The notes beneath the pieces are model-generated. The model was given only the letters and a program-made list of their open reading frames with translations. It did no database searches and was not told where the DNA came from. A DNA stretch of 64,000 nt from Candidatus Saccharimonadota bacterium (GTDB lineage: Bacteria > Patescibacteriota > Saccharimonadia > Saccharimonadales > Saccharimonadaceae): positions 813-64,812 of the forward strand of contig JAFWIQ010000012.1 in the NCBI GenBank assembly GCA_017511865.1, in the 5' to 3' direction. Both the position numbers and the translations under genes were made by a program. Positions 48,346 through 59,103 of the stretch are shown piece by piece. The first letter of the stretch is position 1. Every line of letters begins with the position of its first letter.

Positions 48346-49758
48346 TCAGGAGAGTTTCTTTCTCAAGATTTCTTGCACTGCCGAAGGATTAGCCTTGCCC
48401 TTAGACTCCTTCATTACCTGACCTACCAAAAACCCAATCACCTTCTCTTCTCCGTTTCGGAAATCATCTTGAGCCTTTTTTGTTTCGGACTTAGCCAACA
48501 CTGCATCAACTATTGCCTCTAGTGCCCCTAGGTCATTTTCTTGCATTAATCCCAGCTCTTTGGCTATATTCTTCGCGCCTCGTCCTTTCATTTGCGGATC
48601 AAACAATCTCAAAAATACCTCTTTTGTTGCGGTAGATGATAGTTCTTTTTGCTCATTCATCTGAGCCAGTTCGTTTAGATCCTTCGCATCTGGCAGGCTG
48701 CTTAGATATTCCACTGATTTTTCTTCGGCCAGTAGCACCGAAGTAAACAAATTAGCGATACTTTTTATATATTTTTCGTCAATTTCGCTCATTTTTCTCA
48801 TTAATTCAGGGTAGTCTAGCAAAATTTCCAAAATATCATTATTAATGCTACCAGTAAACCTTTTGCGATAATCTACCGGCATTAATGGTAATTTTGCCGC
48901 TTCTGCCTCAATTAGCTCATCAGTTAGGTTTATCGGTGGGATATCTGGTTCCGGCATATACCGATAATCTTTCGCTTCCTCCTTAGACCTTTGCGGCGTG
49001 GTTTTTCCAGTTGCGTCGCTCCAGCCACGTGTTTCTTGAACGACCTTCTCTCCGGCATCCAGAATTTTGGTTTGTCTAGTGATTTCGTATTCTACCGCTC
49101 TTTCTACAGACCGGAACGAGTTAAGGTTTTTGATTTCCGCCCTTGTGCCTAGTTTCTCTGCTCCTTCTGGCGCCAAAGAAATATTGACATCAAACCGCAT
49201 ATTTCCGTTATATAAATCTCCGTGAGTCACACCAGCAAAGCACATCAATCTCCAAAGCTCTTTACAATAATCATGTGCCTCCTTGGCTGAGTGTATGTCT
49301 GGCATTGACACAATCTCAATTAGCGGCGTATCTACTCTATTTAAATCCACCAAAGAGTAGCTGTCAAAATGTGTTAATTTTCCCGCGTCACCCTCTAGAT
49401 GGGCGTGCTCAATCCGGATTTTTGTTCCAGACGGCAGCTCCACGTAGCCAGCCCCAATAATTGGTGCATAAAACTGAGTAATCTGATAGCCTTTAGGTGA
49501 ATCCGGGTAAAAATAATGCTTGCGATCAAAACGCGAAGACCGGTTAATCTCGCAATTCATCGCTTTGCCCGCCCTAATTGCAAATTTTATAGCCTCACCA
49601 TTCAATCTTGGCAACATCCCCGGCAGAGCGTAATCCACTGGAGAAACGCAAGAATTAGGTTCCTTCCCTCGCGCATCATTATCAACCTCAGAAAACAACT
49701 TTGTTTTAGTAGAGAGTTGCACGTGACATTCAATGCCGATTGTTGGGGTATATTTCAT
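48346..49758 (-). CDS. gatB: Asp/Glu-tRNA amidotransferase subunit B
   Basis: IGIECH, FDRKHYFYPD, EIKNLNS and DYRYMPEPD. Confidence 0.98.
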   Translation of the reverse strand: MKYTPTIGIECHVQLSTKTKLFSEVDNDARGKEPNSCVSPVDYALPGMLPRLNGEAIKFAIRAGKAMNCEINRSSRFDRKHYFYPDSPKGYQITQFYAPIIGAGYVELPSGTKIRIEHAHLEGDAGKLTHFDSYSLVDLNRVDTPLIEIVSMPDIHSAKEAHDYCKELWRLMCFAGVTHGDLYNGNMRFDVNISLAPEGAEKLGTRAEIKNLNSFRSVERAVEYEITRQTKILDAGEKVVQETRGWSDATGKTTPQRSKEEAKDYRYMPEPDIPPINLTDELIEAEAAKLPLMPVDYRKRFTGSINNDILEILLDYPELMRKMSEIDEKYIKSIANLFTSVLLAEEKSVEYLSSLPDAKDLNELAQMNEQKELSSTATKEVFLRLFDPQMKGRGAKNIAKELGLMQENDLGALEAIVDAVLAKSETKKAQDDFRNGEEKVIGFLVGQVMKESKGKANPSAVQEILRKKLS

Positions 49759-50177
49759 TATATTGCTCCTAAGTCTTTTAATGCCTGCTTATAAATCGCA
49801 AGAGCATTAAAGGCTTGCTTATAGGTGATTTCCAAATCGGCTTCGTGAGCAATCGCATTGCGCAACTTGTGAGCCCTCCAGACACCATTCAGATTAGAAA
49901 AACGATCGCCAGTCCGTTTTAGTCTATCTCCCATTGTCTTGCCTGGCATGCCCATCTCAATCATTGCTTTATCGAGCAGCTTGTCAGCTTCTATAATGGT
50001 AGCCGTAAAGCTGGACGCATTATCCTGTTTTAATTTATTTTCAATTGCCAAAAATCTCGATTGATAAGCCTCAATATTAAAATGATAACCACGTTTGCCA
50101 GTCAGCAATATAGATACAAAAACCAACACCGCAACAATCAGAATTGCGATTATAAAAGTTACCACTCCACCATCCAT
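49758..50177 (-). CDS. Membrane-anchored HEPN/DUF4145-like protein
   Basis: N-terminal TM helix, EADKLLD and RNAIAH (Rx4H). TAATG-coupled on both sides. Confidence 0.65.
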   Translation of the reverse strand: MDGGVVTFIIAILIVAVLVFVSILLTGKRGYHFNIEAYQSRFLAIENKLKQDNASSFTATIIEADKLLDKAMIEMGMPGKTMGDRLKRTGDRFSNLNGVWRAHKLRNAIAHEADLEITYKQAFNALAIYKQALKDLGAI

Positions 50178-51565
50178 TAGATAAGCTCCTTTGCAAATTC
50201 AATAATTTTTTTATCACTACGCCTGGGCCCTACCAATTGCAAACCCAGTGGAAGACCGGTCTTATTTTTGCCGGCTGGGATTGCAAGACCTGGCACACCT
50301 GCCAAATTCAATGAGACTGACATCATGTCCTCTAAATACATCGCCACCGGATCGTTAATCTTCTCCCCCAATTTAAAAGCTGGATTGGGTGATACCGGTG
50401 TCAGGATAAAATCACATTTTGAAAAAGCTTTCTCATATTCATTAATAATCAAAGTTCTTGCTTTTGCCGCCTTCAAGAAGTATGCATCATAAAATCCAGA
50501 AGATAGCACAAAATTACCAATCATGATGCGACGCTTATTTTCTGGCATAAAGCCTTCACTTCTGGTGTTTTCGTATAATCCGTCTAAGTCTTCAGAGTCC
50601 TCCGCCCTAAATCCATAGCGGACTCCATCATATCTTGATAAATTTGAGGCAATTTCTGCTGGTACGATAATGTAATAAGCTGCAAGCGCATATTTAAGGC
50701 TAGGCATCTCTAATTCCACGATTTCGCAACCCTTAGATTTTAGTAATTCGCATTTCTTCTTCAATGCCCCACGTATTTCCTCGTCAACCGACTCGTTATC
50801 AAAATCCTTAATGACACCAACCCTTAGCGAGCTTATATCGGCGAGCGAACTCATTTCCGAGTCTTCATTGTAATAATCTGGCAATGTGGTCATATCTTTT
50901 GAGTCTTGTCCCGATGTGATAGACATAAGTAAATCCATGTCTTCTGGTGTTTTGGTAAAGAACCCAATACAATCCGTCGAAGATGCCATCGCTACAACCC
51001 CGTATCTCGAAATTGTACCATAAGTCGGCTTTAGTCCATAAATACCGTTAAAAGCTGCCGGTTGGCGAATAGAGCCTCCGGTATCTGTTCCCGTAGCAAA
51101 CTCTACTATATCTAAAGCCACCGCCACCGCAGAGCCACCAGAAGAACCTCCGGCTACGCAATTTTTATCGTGCGAATTTAGGGTTGGGCCAAAGTAAGAA
51201 TTTTCCGTAGAAGAGCCATGGGCGAAGGCATCGAGGTTTGTGCGCCCTATCATAATGGCCCCCTCCGCCTCTATTTTTTTGACAGCCGTAGCTTCAATCG
51301 GGCTGACAAACCCTTCCAATATGTGAGCCGAGGCCGTAGTTTCCCCTTCTCTACTCAAAAAGTTATCTTTTAGTGCGTAGGGTACGCCAGCAAGTCTACC
51401 CACTTCTTCCCCTTTTGCAATCTTGGCATCAATCTCGCGTGCTTTCTTAATTGCGCCCTCTTCGTTTAAAAAAGTAAAAATGTTGTAATCCGCAAAATGC
51501 TTCGCCTTTTCCAGGGCATCTCTCACTAATCTTTCCGCAGTTACTTTTTTGTTGGCTGTCTTCAT
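50177..51565 (-). CDS. gatA: Asp/Glu-tRNA amidotransferase subunit A
   Basis: KDN, GGSSGGS, GTDTGGSIRQPA, SRYDG and RRIMIG. Confidence 0.98.
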   Translation of the reverse strand: MKTANKKVTAERLVRDALEKAKHFADYNIFTFLNEEGAIKKAREIDAKIAKGEEVGRLAGVPYALKDNFLSREGETTASAHILEGFVSPIEATAVKKIEAEGAIMIGRTNLDAFAHGSSTENSYFGPTLNSHDKNCVAGGSSGGSAVAVALDIVEFATGTDTGGSIRQPAAFNGIYGLKPTYGTISRYGVVAMASSTDCIGFFTKTPEDMDLLMSITSGQDSKDMTTLPDYYNEDSEMSSLADISSLRVGVIKDFDNESVDEEIRGALKKKCELLKSKGCEIVELEMPSLKYALAAYYIIVPAEIASNLSRYDGVRYGFRAEDSEDLDGLYENTRSEGFMPENKRRIMIGNFVLSSGFYDAYFLKAAKARTLIINEYEKAFSKCDFILTPVSPNPAFKLGEKINDPVAMYLEDMMSVSLNLAGVPGLAIPAGKNKTGLPLGLQLVGPRRSDKKIIEFAKELI

Positions 51566-51567
51566 TT

Positions 51568-51855
51568 TTATAATACTTTCGGGACTTTAATTTGATGATC
51601 TTTTTCTTCTTTAGTTAGAGCAAGCAGGCTTTCTCGTTCAGCTTCTTGTACGATAATTTCATCCGGTCGCCACACATTCTCCATCTCAAAAACCTGATAA
51701 GTTGGCTCAATGTCGTCAGTATTCAATTCGTTAAGTTGAGAAATATATCCAATAATATCTTCCAAATCTTTGCCTAGGCTCTCAATTTCTTGATCCGATA
51801 AAGAAAAATTAGACAAACTAGCCAAATGCACAATATCTTCACGCGCTATTTTCAT
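51568..51855 (-). CDS. gatC: Asp/Glu-tRNA amidotransferase subunit C
   Basis: IVHLASLS, NVWRPD and KVPKVL. First gene of the gat operon. Confidence 0.93.
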   Translation of the reverse strand: MKIAREDIVHLASLSNFSLSDQEIESLGKDLEDIIGYISQLNELNTDDIEPTYQVFEMENVWRPDEIIVQEAERESLLALTKEEKDHQIKVPKVL

Positions 51856-51909
51856 AAACAAATTATATCACATATCCCCATAAAATCTTTGCATAAAGCG
51901 CCAAGGTTG

Positions 51910-53550
51910 CTATTTTGCGTTTCTAAACAGAATTTTTTTAATATATTTAAAGACCGGCTTTGCTTCTTTGAGCTCCAGAAAATAACTCGCTGCAAGATAT
52001 GCCAACACCGAAATCACGGAAATAAGTAAGAACTTTGGTACCGTAATCACCAACGACGTATCGGTCGCCATCAATGGTACAAATTTGGTCATAGAAAATG
52101 CCACGCATCCAGTAATAATGGTCGCAAATAGCATCCTACCAAAAGCCCTCCAGAATGATTTGTTGATCAGTTCGCCACGAGAGCGTCTCTGCAATATATA
52201 TAATAATATGATAATTTCTATAATCGCTCCAATTGATTGCGCTATACCTAAGCCATCAATGCCCCAGCCCATCAAATAAAACCAGATCGAAAGTAGAATA
52301 GTTAGCCCGATGGCTACTATTGATACGATGAACGGAGTTTTTGTATCCTGAAATGCATAAAAACCCCTTGATGCAATATGGAATACCGATCTCGCAAAAA
52401 TCGCAACCGTCAAAGTGCCAAGCACCGACGCAATTGTGCCATTGCTATCGTTATTACCGATGTTTGAAATAAAGCTGACCACATAGCCTCTTCCAAAAAA
52501 TGCAATTGCCGCCACCGGCAACGAAATCCAGATGATAGCCCTGAGTGCCTCGCGGAAAGTTTCGTAAAACTCTTTCTTGTCTCCATTGCCAAGCTGCTCA
52601 GTAAGTTTAGGAAAAAAAGCAGTAGAAATCGCTACACCAATGAGATTGATTGGCATTTGATGTAAGGCTGAAGCCTGATTAAAAGAACGTACCGCCCCCG
52701 CCCCCATACGAGAAGAAAGGTTGGTATTTACGATGCCATTGATATAATCAATACCTTGGTCAAGCGAACGCGCGGGCAATAATTTAAGAATCGAACGAAA
52801 TCCCTGATTCTTCCAATAAATTTTAAATTCGTAATCCATCCCGAGACCAAACAGGCCAATCAGAGCGACAATTAATTGCATTACTGCCCCCAAAATTACT
52901 CCCAATGCCACACCCATGATGCCCCCTTCAAAAATTTGCAAACCGAACAAATTGATTCCACCCGTAAAACAAGTGATACCGATAATAATACCTATATTAT
53001 ATATAGCGGGTGCAAATGCATAAAACACAAATCTCCCCACTGCTTGTTGTACGGAGGTTAAAACGGTCGCAATAGAAAACAAGAACGGATTTATCGCAAT
53101 AACCCTCGTCATATTAATTGCAAGCACCATCCCAGATTCATCAAGGCCAGGGCTTACGATATAACGAATTAATGGGTCAGCAAAAATCATTATTAGAATA
53201 CTAGTAATGAGCGTTGCAATTGCTAGTAGGTTTAAAAGGCTAGACGAAAGCTCCCAAGCGGATTTTTTATTGCCAGTCGTTAGTCTTTGATTAAAAACTG
53301 GAATGAAAGAAACGGCCAACGCTCCAGACGTCAAGATAAAAAACATAAAATCAGGAATGGTAAATGCTGCCGTGTATGCGTCGATGCCGGTTGGATAGGT
53401 CCCTAAATAGTAAGAGTTCAATAAACGATCGCGAAATAATCCCAAAAGTGCAGAAAATAAAGTTGATACAGCCAACACGATCGCTGCCGATTTTACCGAC
53501 AGTTTCATATTAGCAAGCTGCACTACGGAGCGAAACTTAAATCTTCTCAC
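51910..53550 (-). CDS. murJ: Lipid II flippase MurJ
   Basis: LGLFRD, AFTIPD, GALAVSFIPV and FYAFQDTKTP. Confidence 0.93.
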   Translation of the reverse strand: MRRFKFRSVVQLANMKLSVKSAAIVLAVSTLFSALLGLFRDRLLNSYYLGTYPTGIDAYTAAFTIPDFMFFILTSGALAVSFIPVFNQRLTTGNKKSAWELSSSLLNLLAIATLITSILIMIFADPLIRYIVSPGLDESGMVLAINMTRVIAINPFLFSIATVLTSVQQAVGRFVFYAFAPAIYNIGIIIGITCFTGGINLFGLQIFEGGIMGVALGVILGAVMQLIVALIGLFGLGMDYEFKIYWKNQGFRSILKLLPARSLDQGIDYINGIVNTNLSSRMGAGAVRSFNQASALHQMPINLIGVAISTAFFPKLTEQLGNGDKKEFYETFREALRAIIWISLPVAAIAFFGRGYVVSFISNIGNNDSNGTIASVLGTLTVAIFARSVFHIASRGFYAFQDTKTPFIVSIVAIGLTILLSIWFYLMGWGIDGLGIAQSIGAIIEIIILLYILQRRSRGELINKSFWRAFGRMLFATIITGCVAFSMTKFVPLMATDTSLVITVPKFLLISVISVLAYLAASYFLELKEAKPVFKYIKKILFRNAK

Positions 53551-53577
53551 GATATTTATTATAGCACGCGTTTTCTA

Positions 53578-54558
53578 TTATTTTTGTATGCGCTTTTTTA
53601 TGGCTTCAATCATGGCATTTAGCATACGTTTTCTTTCCTCGCCTTTCAATAAATAATAGAAAAGTTGAGGTTCAAATAGCTCCACTTCCATAATTATGTA
53701 TTCATTTTCTCTTTTGACGACATCAATCCTTATATAAAGTTGATCATCAAAATCTTTTACAGAAATAACTTTCTCGCACAATTTTACTAATTTGGAATCC
53801 AGCTTGGCTGTGTCGATATGCCTTACTGTATATCGGTCTTTCTTGTCTAGCACTCCAGGAAAACGCACCACAGCGTTTACTATGTTTCGATCTATTGCCA
53901 CTACAGAAATTTCGCCATTTCTTATTTCGGGTAGAAAAGGTTGGAGTAAGATATCTCCACTCAAATTAATTTCTTGCAATTTCTTTTTGAACTTTTTTAT
54001 GGCACCGGTATCTTTTATTAAAAAAGTATTTTCTCCCCCACTAGAAATACTAGGTTTAACTACTATTGGGAAACCACCAATTTTGCTAATAGCTCCATCC
54101 AATATTGGTTTTTCTGAATTGCTTAGCTCCCCCTTTTTTATAATTACGGTCGGTATAGTGGACAGATTATTTTTTTCTAAAATTTTAATTTGGCTAGATT
54201 TGTCAAAATTATTACGTATAAGCTGTGTGTTATTGAAAATTTTTAAATTCTCAACTTTTTTTAGCCAAACCCTTAAGTCATCAATATTTTCTTGGTACCC
54301 CCACATAGAGGTAATCAATAGCGCATCGTATTGAGTAAAATCTATGTCTTTATTTTGCCACGATATGATTTCGGCTCGTATCCCAGATTTTAAGAACGAT
54401 TTTTGCAACAGCAAATCATCATACACTCGCTTTTCCCAGGCATCGCAAGAGACCAAGCCAACGCTCGTTTTGGTATGTATACGTTTTAGTTTTATTGAAT
54501 TTATTTCTTGCAGATATCTGCGTCGCAACTTTTGGTATATTCTTTTTATTTTGCTCAT
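53578..54558 (-). CDS. ATP-grasp ligase (DcsG/RimK-like)
   Basis: ISWQNKDIDF...ITSMWGY, VVKPSISSGG, LQPFL, RIDVV and EVELFEP. Confidence 0.85.
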   Translation of the reverse strand: MSKIKRIYQKLRRRYLQEINSIKLKRIHTKTSVGLVSCDAWEKRVYDDLLLQKSFLKSGIRAEIISWQNKDIDFTQYDALLITSMWGYQENIDDLRVWLKKVENLKIFNNTQLIRNNFDKSSQIKILEKNNLSTIPTVIIKKGELSNSEKPILDGAISKIGGFPIVVKPSISSGGENTFLIKDTGAIKKFKKKLQEINLSGDILLQPFLPEIRNGEISVVAIDRNIVNAVVRFPGVLDKKDRYTVRHIDTAKLDSKLVKLCEKVISVKDFDDQLYIRIDVVKRENEYIIMEVELFEPQLFYYLLKGEERKRMLNAMIEAIKKRIQK

Positions 54559-56156
54559 TTCAACTTCCGTATAGCCTTATTCATCAATAGCATATTTTGC
54601 ACTATGGCCTTCCTGCTAATTCCAAAGCTAATTCTGCCGACCATCTCCTCAGATTTTGGCCAACAAATATTGCCACCCATTAAGTATGTTAGCCCGCCAC
54701 TTTTAAAAAAGTATTCTAATAAATCACGCTCGCTCTTAATTTTGTTACCAAAAGGCGTAAGTTTGCCTTTGAGCTCCGTAAAGTCAAAAACCGTGAAAAA
54801 ACCCGATTCTGGTTCCGTGCCGGCTCTAATTTTTAAATTCTTACAACCAGCATAAAGTATATTTCTGTCAGCCGAAGCTTTTACATAACGATCAATTGTA
54901 CGCAAAATAGAACGGCGCTTTTTTAAATCTTTTATTTTTTTGACGCCATAAACTAGCGCATAGATTAACTCATATCTATATTGGTATTCACGAATTTGTT
55001 TTTGCATATATTTCTTATATTCGCGATATCTTCGATTACTGCCATTAAAAGCGCCACTTACCGATGCTACCTGCAGTACTGGCATAGAATCCATCGTATC
55101 GTGAATTTTTTGAGCCAACACCTCCGCCACGGCGCGCGGGGCAACAATTACTGCTGCGCGAAAACTCGCTAAGCCGTAAGCCTTAGAAAGTCCAAACAAG
55201 CTAATGGTACTATCAAAGAAATCCGGCATAATTGCTAGCGGAACAGCAAGATCGTTCAAATCATAGGTCAAATCTCGATAAACCAAATCATCAATTACGA
55301 ACACGTCGCGCTCCTTGCATACTTCTCCCATTCTACGCAAAACATCAATATTTTTATGGTTCAAGACTTTACCGGTTGGGTTATGTGGATTAAGATTTAG
55401 GAATGCTGCAACTCGGTGTTTTTTGCCAGTAGCACTGGCAAGTTCCGCATTTAATGTATCAATTTTTTTTGCTAGAGCGTCAGGATTAACCAACCAATCG
55501 TCTTTTTCATGTAAATCCAGAAGCTCCGTACGATAATTCCCCATTTCTGAGATAATCGCAAAAAGCCCGTAGTTTGGGGCTGTCATTAATACAATGTCGC
55601 CAGGCTCCGCAATTACGCTAAGTATTAACGAATATGCGTGGGTGGTAGAACACGCAAAGACCACATTGTCCACCCCAATACCATCATAGTGCCCCCCATT
55701 TTTTAGATTTGCCGGTTCCGGAGAAAAACCCTCTCTAATTAAATAATCTACAATGCTTTGCTGAGCATAATATCCGCCAGCGCTTCTCGGATACCAATAG
55801 AGATTTTTTCTTTTTAATACCTTTTTTACCGCTCTCATCGATCCCGGAAAGGCCCTATATTCCATTGGCGTCCCGCTGTGGAAATTATCGTATTCAAAAA
55901 TAGCTTTTTGTTTTGGATTTCGTGTATAAATGTCGCTATTAAAAAAGTTATAATCCGGTTCCATTTTTGCAATCGCATTACTGTATGGCGAATTATCGCT
56001 ACGTTTTTCCAGATGGTGCTGATTCAACAAAAAACTACTATGGCGTTCAACAAAAACCTTTAAGGCGCCACTAGATTTAGCATAATCCGTCGACGCAAAT
56101 CTGAGATTTGGTTTCCCCATTAGGCGTTTAAGTTTTTCTTTAACTTTGTTACTCAT
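54555..56156 (-). CDS. Fold-type I (class I/II aminotransferase-like) PLP enzyme, 533 aa
   Basis: APNY, NPHNPTG, IDDLVY, LSKAYGLASFR and a C-terminal RISF. ATGA overlap with the ATP-grasp gene. Confidence 0.85.
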   Translation of the reverse strand: MSNKVKEKLKRLMGKPNLRFASTDYAKSSGALKVFVERHSSFLLNQHHLEKRSDNSPYSNAIAKMEPDYNFFNSDIYTRNPKQKAIFEYDNFHSGTPMEYRAFPGSMRAVKKVLKRKNLYWYPRSAGGYYAQQSIVDYLIREGFSPEPANLKNGGHYDGIGVDNVVFACSTTHAYSLILSVIAEPGDIVLMTAPNYGLFAIISEMGNYRTELLDLHEKDDWLVNPDALAKKIDTLNAELASATGKKHRVAAFLNLNPHNPTGKVLNHKNIDVLRRMGEVCKERDVFVIDDLVYRDLTYDLNDLAVPLAIMPDFFDSTISLFGLSKAYGLASFRAAVIVAPRAVAEVLAQKIHDTMDSMPVLQVASVSGAFNGSNRRYREYKKYMQKQIREYQYRYELIYALVYGVKKIKDLKKRRSILRTIDRYVKASADRNILYAGCKNLKIRAGTEPESGFFTVFDFTELKGKLTPFGNKIKSERDLLEYFFKSGGLTYLMGGNICWPKSEEMVGRISFGISRKAIVQNMLLMNKAIRKLK

Positions 56157-56243
56157 AAAACACTCTACCCCAAATTATAGCACACGAGCTTTTTATGTTG
56201 CAAAAACGTAAATTTTAAAAGTATTGTGTGTTATACTATTACC

Positions 56244-59069
56244 ATGAAGAAGAATAAGCCGGATGTTATTTTGCCATCCAGTAGTTTCGATGCGGCATAT
56301 GACTCAAAAGCCGATAATCCGAACATAAGTAATCTGGACGACAAAAGCTCAATCGGCAATTCTCCTCTGGAGTCTATCAACAATACGGAACCAAAAAAGG
56401 TAGAGGATATGTCAAAAAAAAGAAAAAAAGAAAAAAGATCAAACAAAGGGAATTTTTTGGTTGATTACAAAGACAAAAGAAAGTCCCGCAAGGAATCATC
56501 TAGGCGTCGTCGTGCCGAAGAGATGGCAAAATTACCAAAAGATCCAGTGAAACGCTTTTTTGCTAGACTACATCCTAAGCGTGTCTTTAAGTGGTGGTTC
56601 TCCTGGCGAGGACAAAAAGCCATTCTTAAGTTCTTTGCTGCCTGTTTTCTTATTCTTATAATATTTATTGGTGGTCTATTTCTTCATTTCAAAAAGGATC
56701 TCGACGAAATCCGTCTTGACGAAATGAGCATTTCAGAGACAGTCAATACTTATCTCGACCGCAATGGCGTAGTTCTTTGGAAAGATACCGGCAATGAAGA
56801 TTATCGTCTAGTGGTTGGTGCTGACGATATATCTGAATATATGTATCAAGCCACGGTCGCAATCGAGGATAAAAATTTTTACAATCACATTGGTGTTGAT
56901 TTTGGCGCGCTTATCAGAGCTACCTTCTCTACCCTCTCCGGTGGCGGAGTGCAGGGTGGTTCTACTCTTACCCAGCAATTGATTAAACAGGTTTATTTTT
57001 CCGACGAGGCCGCTAGTGAAAACCGAGGAGGCTTAACTCGCAAAATAAAAGAGTTAATTCTTGCCATCGAATTAGAGCGCATGTATTCCAAAGACCAAAT
57101 CTTAACAATGTATCTAAATCAATCACCTTACGGCGGGCGTCGCAATGGCGTGGAGTCGGCAGCCAAAACCTACTTTGGGAAATCCGCTAAGGATTTAAGC
57201 CTTGCTGAATCTGCCCTCCTCGCGGCAATCCCGAATAACCCAGGAGTACTTAATCCATACAACGTTTATGGCAACGAGATGCTTATCTCACGTCAGCACA
57301 AAGTTCTTGATGATATGGTTTCTATGGGCTACATTACCGAAGAGGAGGCGAATGCGGCCAAGGAAGTCGCCATATTAGATACAATTAAACCAGAATCTAG
57401 TCAATATGCAGATATGCTGGCTCCACACTTCGTGCTCGAGGTTCGTTCTCAGCTTGAAGACAAATATGGTATTCAGACTATGCGTGCTGGTGGTTGGACT
57501 ATTAAAACTACACTAGATTATCGCGCTCAGCAAATCGCTGAAGATGCCATCGCAGTTGGTACTAGTCAAATGCATGTTAACCGTAGCGACGATGTTGCTT
57601 TGGTATCGTTGGATGTTGAAACCTCTCAAGTTATCGCCATGGTCGGCTCGGTTGATTTCTTTAACCCTACATATGGCGAGCTAAACGTTACTACCGATTC
57701 CTTAATCGAACCAGGCTCCACAATCAAGCCCATTTTGGATTATGCTCCACTCTTCATGCAACGAGAAGGCATTAATTATGGTCCAGGCTCCATCTTGAAA
57801 GATGAAAACATAAATTCCATTTATTGTGCCGGTAACAGTGGACGCTGTTCGCTGGCCAACGTCACTAATAGGTTTTATGGTAATGTTACCATCAGGTTTT
57901 CACTTGGACATTCACTCAATATTGCTGCGGTGAAAGCATTATATATTAATGGCATTGATAATTCGCTCGAAATTGCACACGCTCTTGGCGACAAGGCATA
58001 TTGTGAAAATGGCTCAGGATATGGTCTTTCTATCGCCATTGGCTCCGGGTGCAATGTTCGCATGGTTGAGCACGCAAATGCCTACGCTTCGCTTGCTCGT
58101 GGCGGTGCATACAAAGATATTGCGTATGTATTGGAGGTCAAGAATTCTGCCGGCGAGGTTATTGACTCGTGGGAAGACTCACAGGCTACTCGTGTCGTAG
58201 ATGAGCAGGTAGCATACATGATTTCCAATATCCTAAGCGACGATTCAAATAGGTGGTTCCATTCTACTGGCTTTATTGTGCCGGGTGTGTGGACGGCTAC
58301 CAAGACCGGTACCACAACCACTACTAATTCCTCCGAAACGAAGGATTCTCTCATGGAGAGTTATTCTACTGCCATTTCCACTTTTGTTTGGAATGGTAAC
58401 CATGACGGTTCTGGGTTAACAAATAGCAACGCTGTAGTCACCGCACCGGTTATTGGACATTATATGGAGCGTGTTCATAAAGAAATCTACGAACCAGAAG
58501 GCAAATGGCATTCCGGCGACCAGCCAGTTAAGCCAGCTGGCATCCAAACCCTCACCGTCAACGGCAAGACTGATATCTGGCCAAGCTGGTACAACGCTTC
58601 CAAAAACTCTGGTGTCGCTAAAGAGACGCTTACATTTAACCGATACAATCACTTACTAGCTTCTGATTGTACTCCAGAAGAATATAAAATTGAAATCGAA
58701 GTCACTAAGGTGACCGATCCTATGACCGGAAAAGAAGTGTACAACGTGCCGGAGCCGTATGATCGCGACAATAGCGATACATGTAATTACGAACCGCCAC
58801 GTTTGTCGTTATCTACCAGGGGCGACCATATTATTGCTACGATTGGACGCGGTAGCTATGAGATTACCGGTTATACATTATATATTAACGGAGTAGAACA
58901 AAGCGGTATATCAGTTGGTGGCGATGGTGTCGTGAACGGTTACACTTTGGATGGGACCGAATCGTCTATCAAGCTTGTTATCTCGGACTCAGCCGGATAC
59001 ACTGCATCCAACGAAATGACCTTAACGCCATCAACGAAACCCAATGTCGACCAAAACTCATCAGATTAA
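56244..59069 (+). CDS. Class A penicillin-binding protein (transglycosylase-transpeptidase)
   Basis: EDKNFYNH, GGSTLTQQ, RKIKE, STIK (SxxK), SLN and KTG. Confidence 0.95.
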   Translation: MKKNKPDVILPSSSFDAAYDSKADNPNISNLDDKSSIGNSPLESINNTEPKKVEDMSKKRKKEKRSNKGNFLVDYKDKRKSRKESSRRRRAEEMAKLPKDPVKRFFARLHPKRVFKWWFSWRGQKAILKFFAACFLILIIFIGGLFLHFKKDLDEIRLDEMSISETVNTYLDRNGVVLWKDTGNEDYRLVVGADDISEYMYQATVAIEDKNFYNHIGVDFGALIRATFSTLSGGGVQGGSTLTQQLIKQVYFSDEAASENRGGLTRKIKELILAIELERMYSKDQILTMYLNQSPYGGRRNGVESAAKTYFGKSAKDLSLAESALLAAIPNNPGVLNPYNVYGNEMLISRQHKVLDDMVSMGYITEEEANAAKEVAILDTIKPESSQYADMLAPHFVLEVRSQLEDKYGIQTMRAGGWTIKTTLDYRAQQIAEDAIAVGTSQMHVNRSDDVALVSLDVETSQVIAMVGSVDFFNPTYGELNVTTDSLIEPGSTIKPILDYAPLFMQREGINYGPGSILKDENINSIYCAGNSGRCSLANVTNRFYGNVTIRFSLGHSLNIAAVKALYINGIDNSLEIAHALGDKAYCENGSGYGLSIAIGSGCNVRMVEHANAYASLARGGAYKDIAYVLEVKNSAGEVIDSWEDSQATRVVDEQVAYMISNILSDDSNRWFHSTGFIVPGVWTATKTGTTTTTNSSETKDSLMESYSTAISTFVWNGNHDGSGLTNSNAVVTAPVIGHYMERVHKEIYEPEGKWHSGDQPVKPAGIQTLTVNGKTDIWPSWYNASKNSGVAKETLTFNRYNHLLASDCTPEEYKIEIEVTKVTDPMTGKEVYNVPEPYDRDNSDTCNYEPPRLSLSTRGDHIIATIGRGSYEITGYTLYINGVEQSGISVGGDGVVNGYTLDGTESSIKLVISDSAGYTASNEMTLTPSTKPNVDQNSSD

Positions 59070-59103
59070 TACCAAAAAAGAATAACCCACTCGGGCCACA
59101 AGA

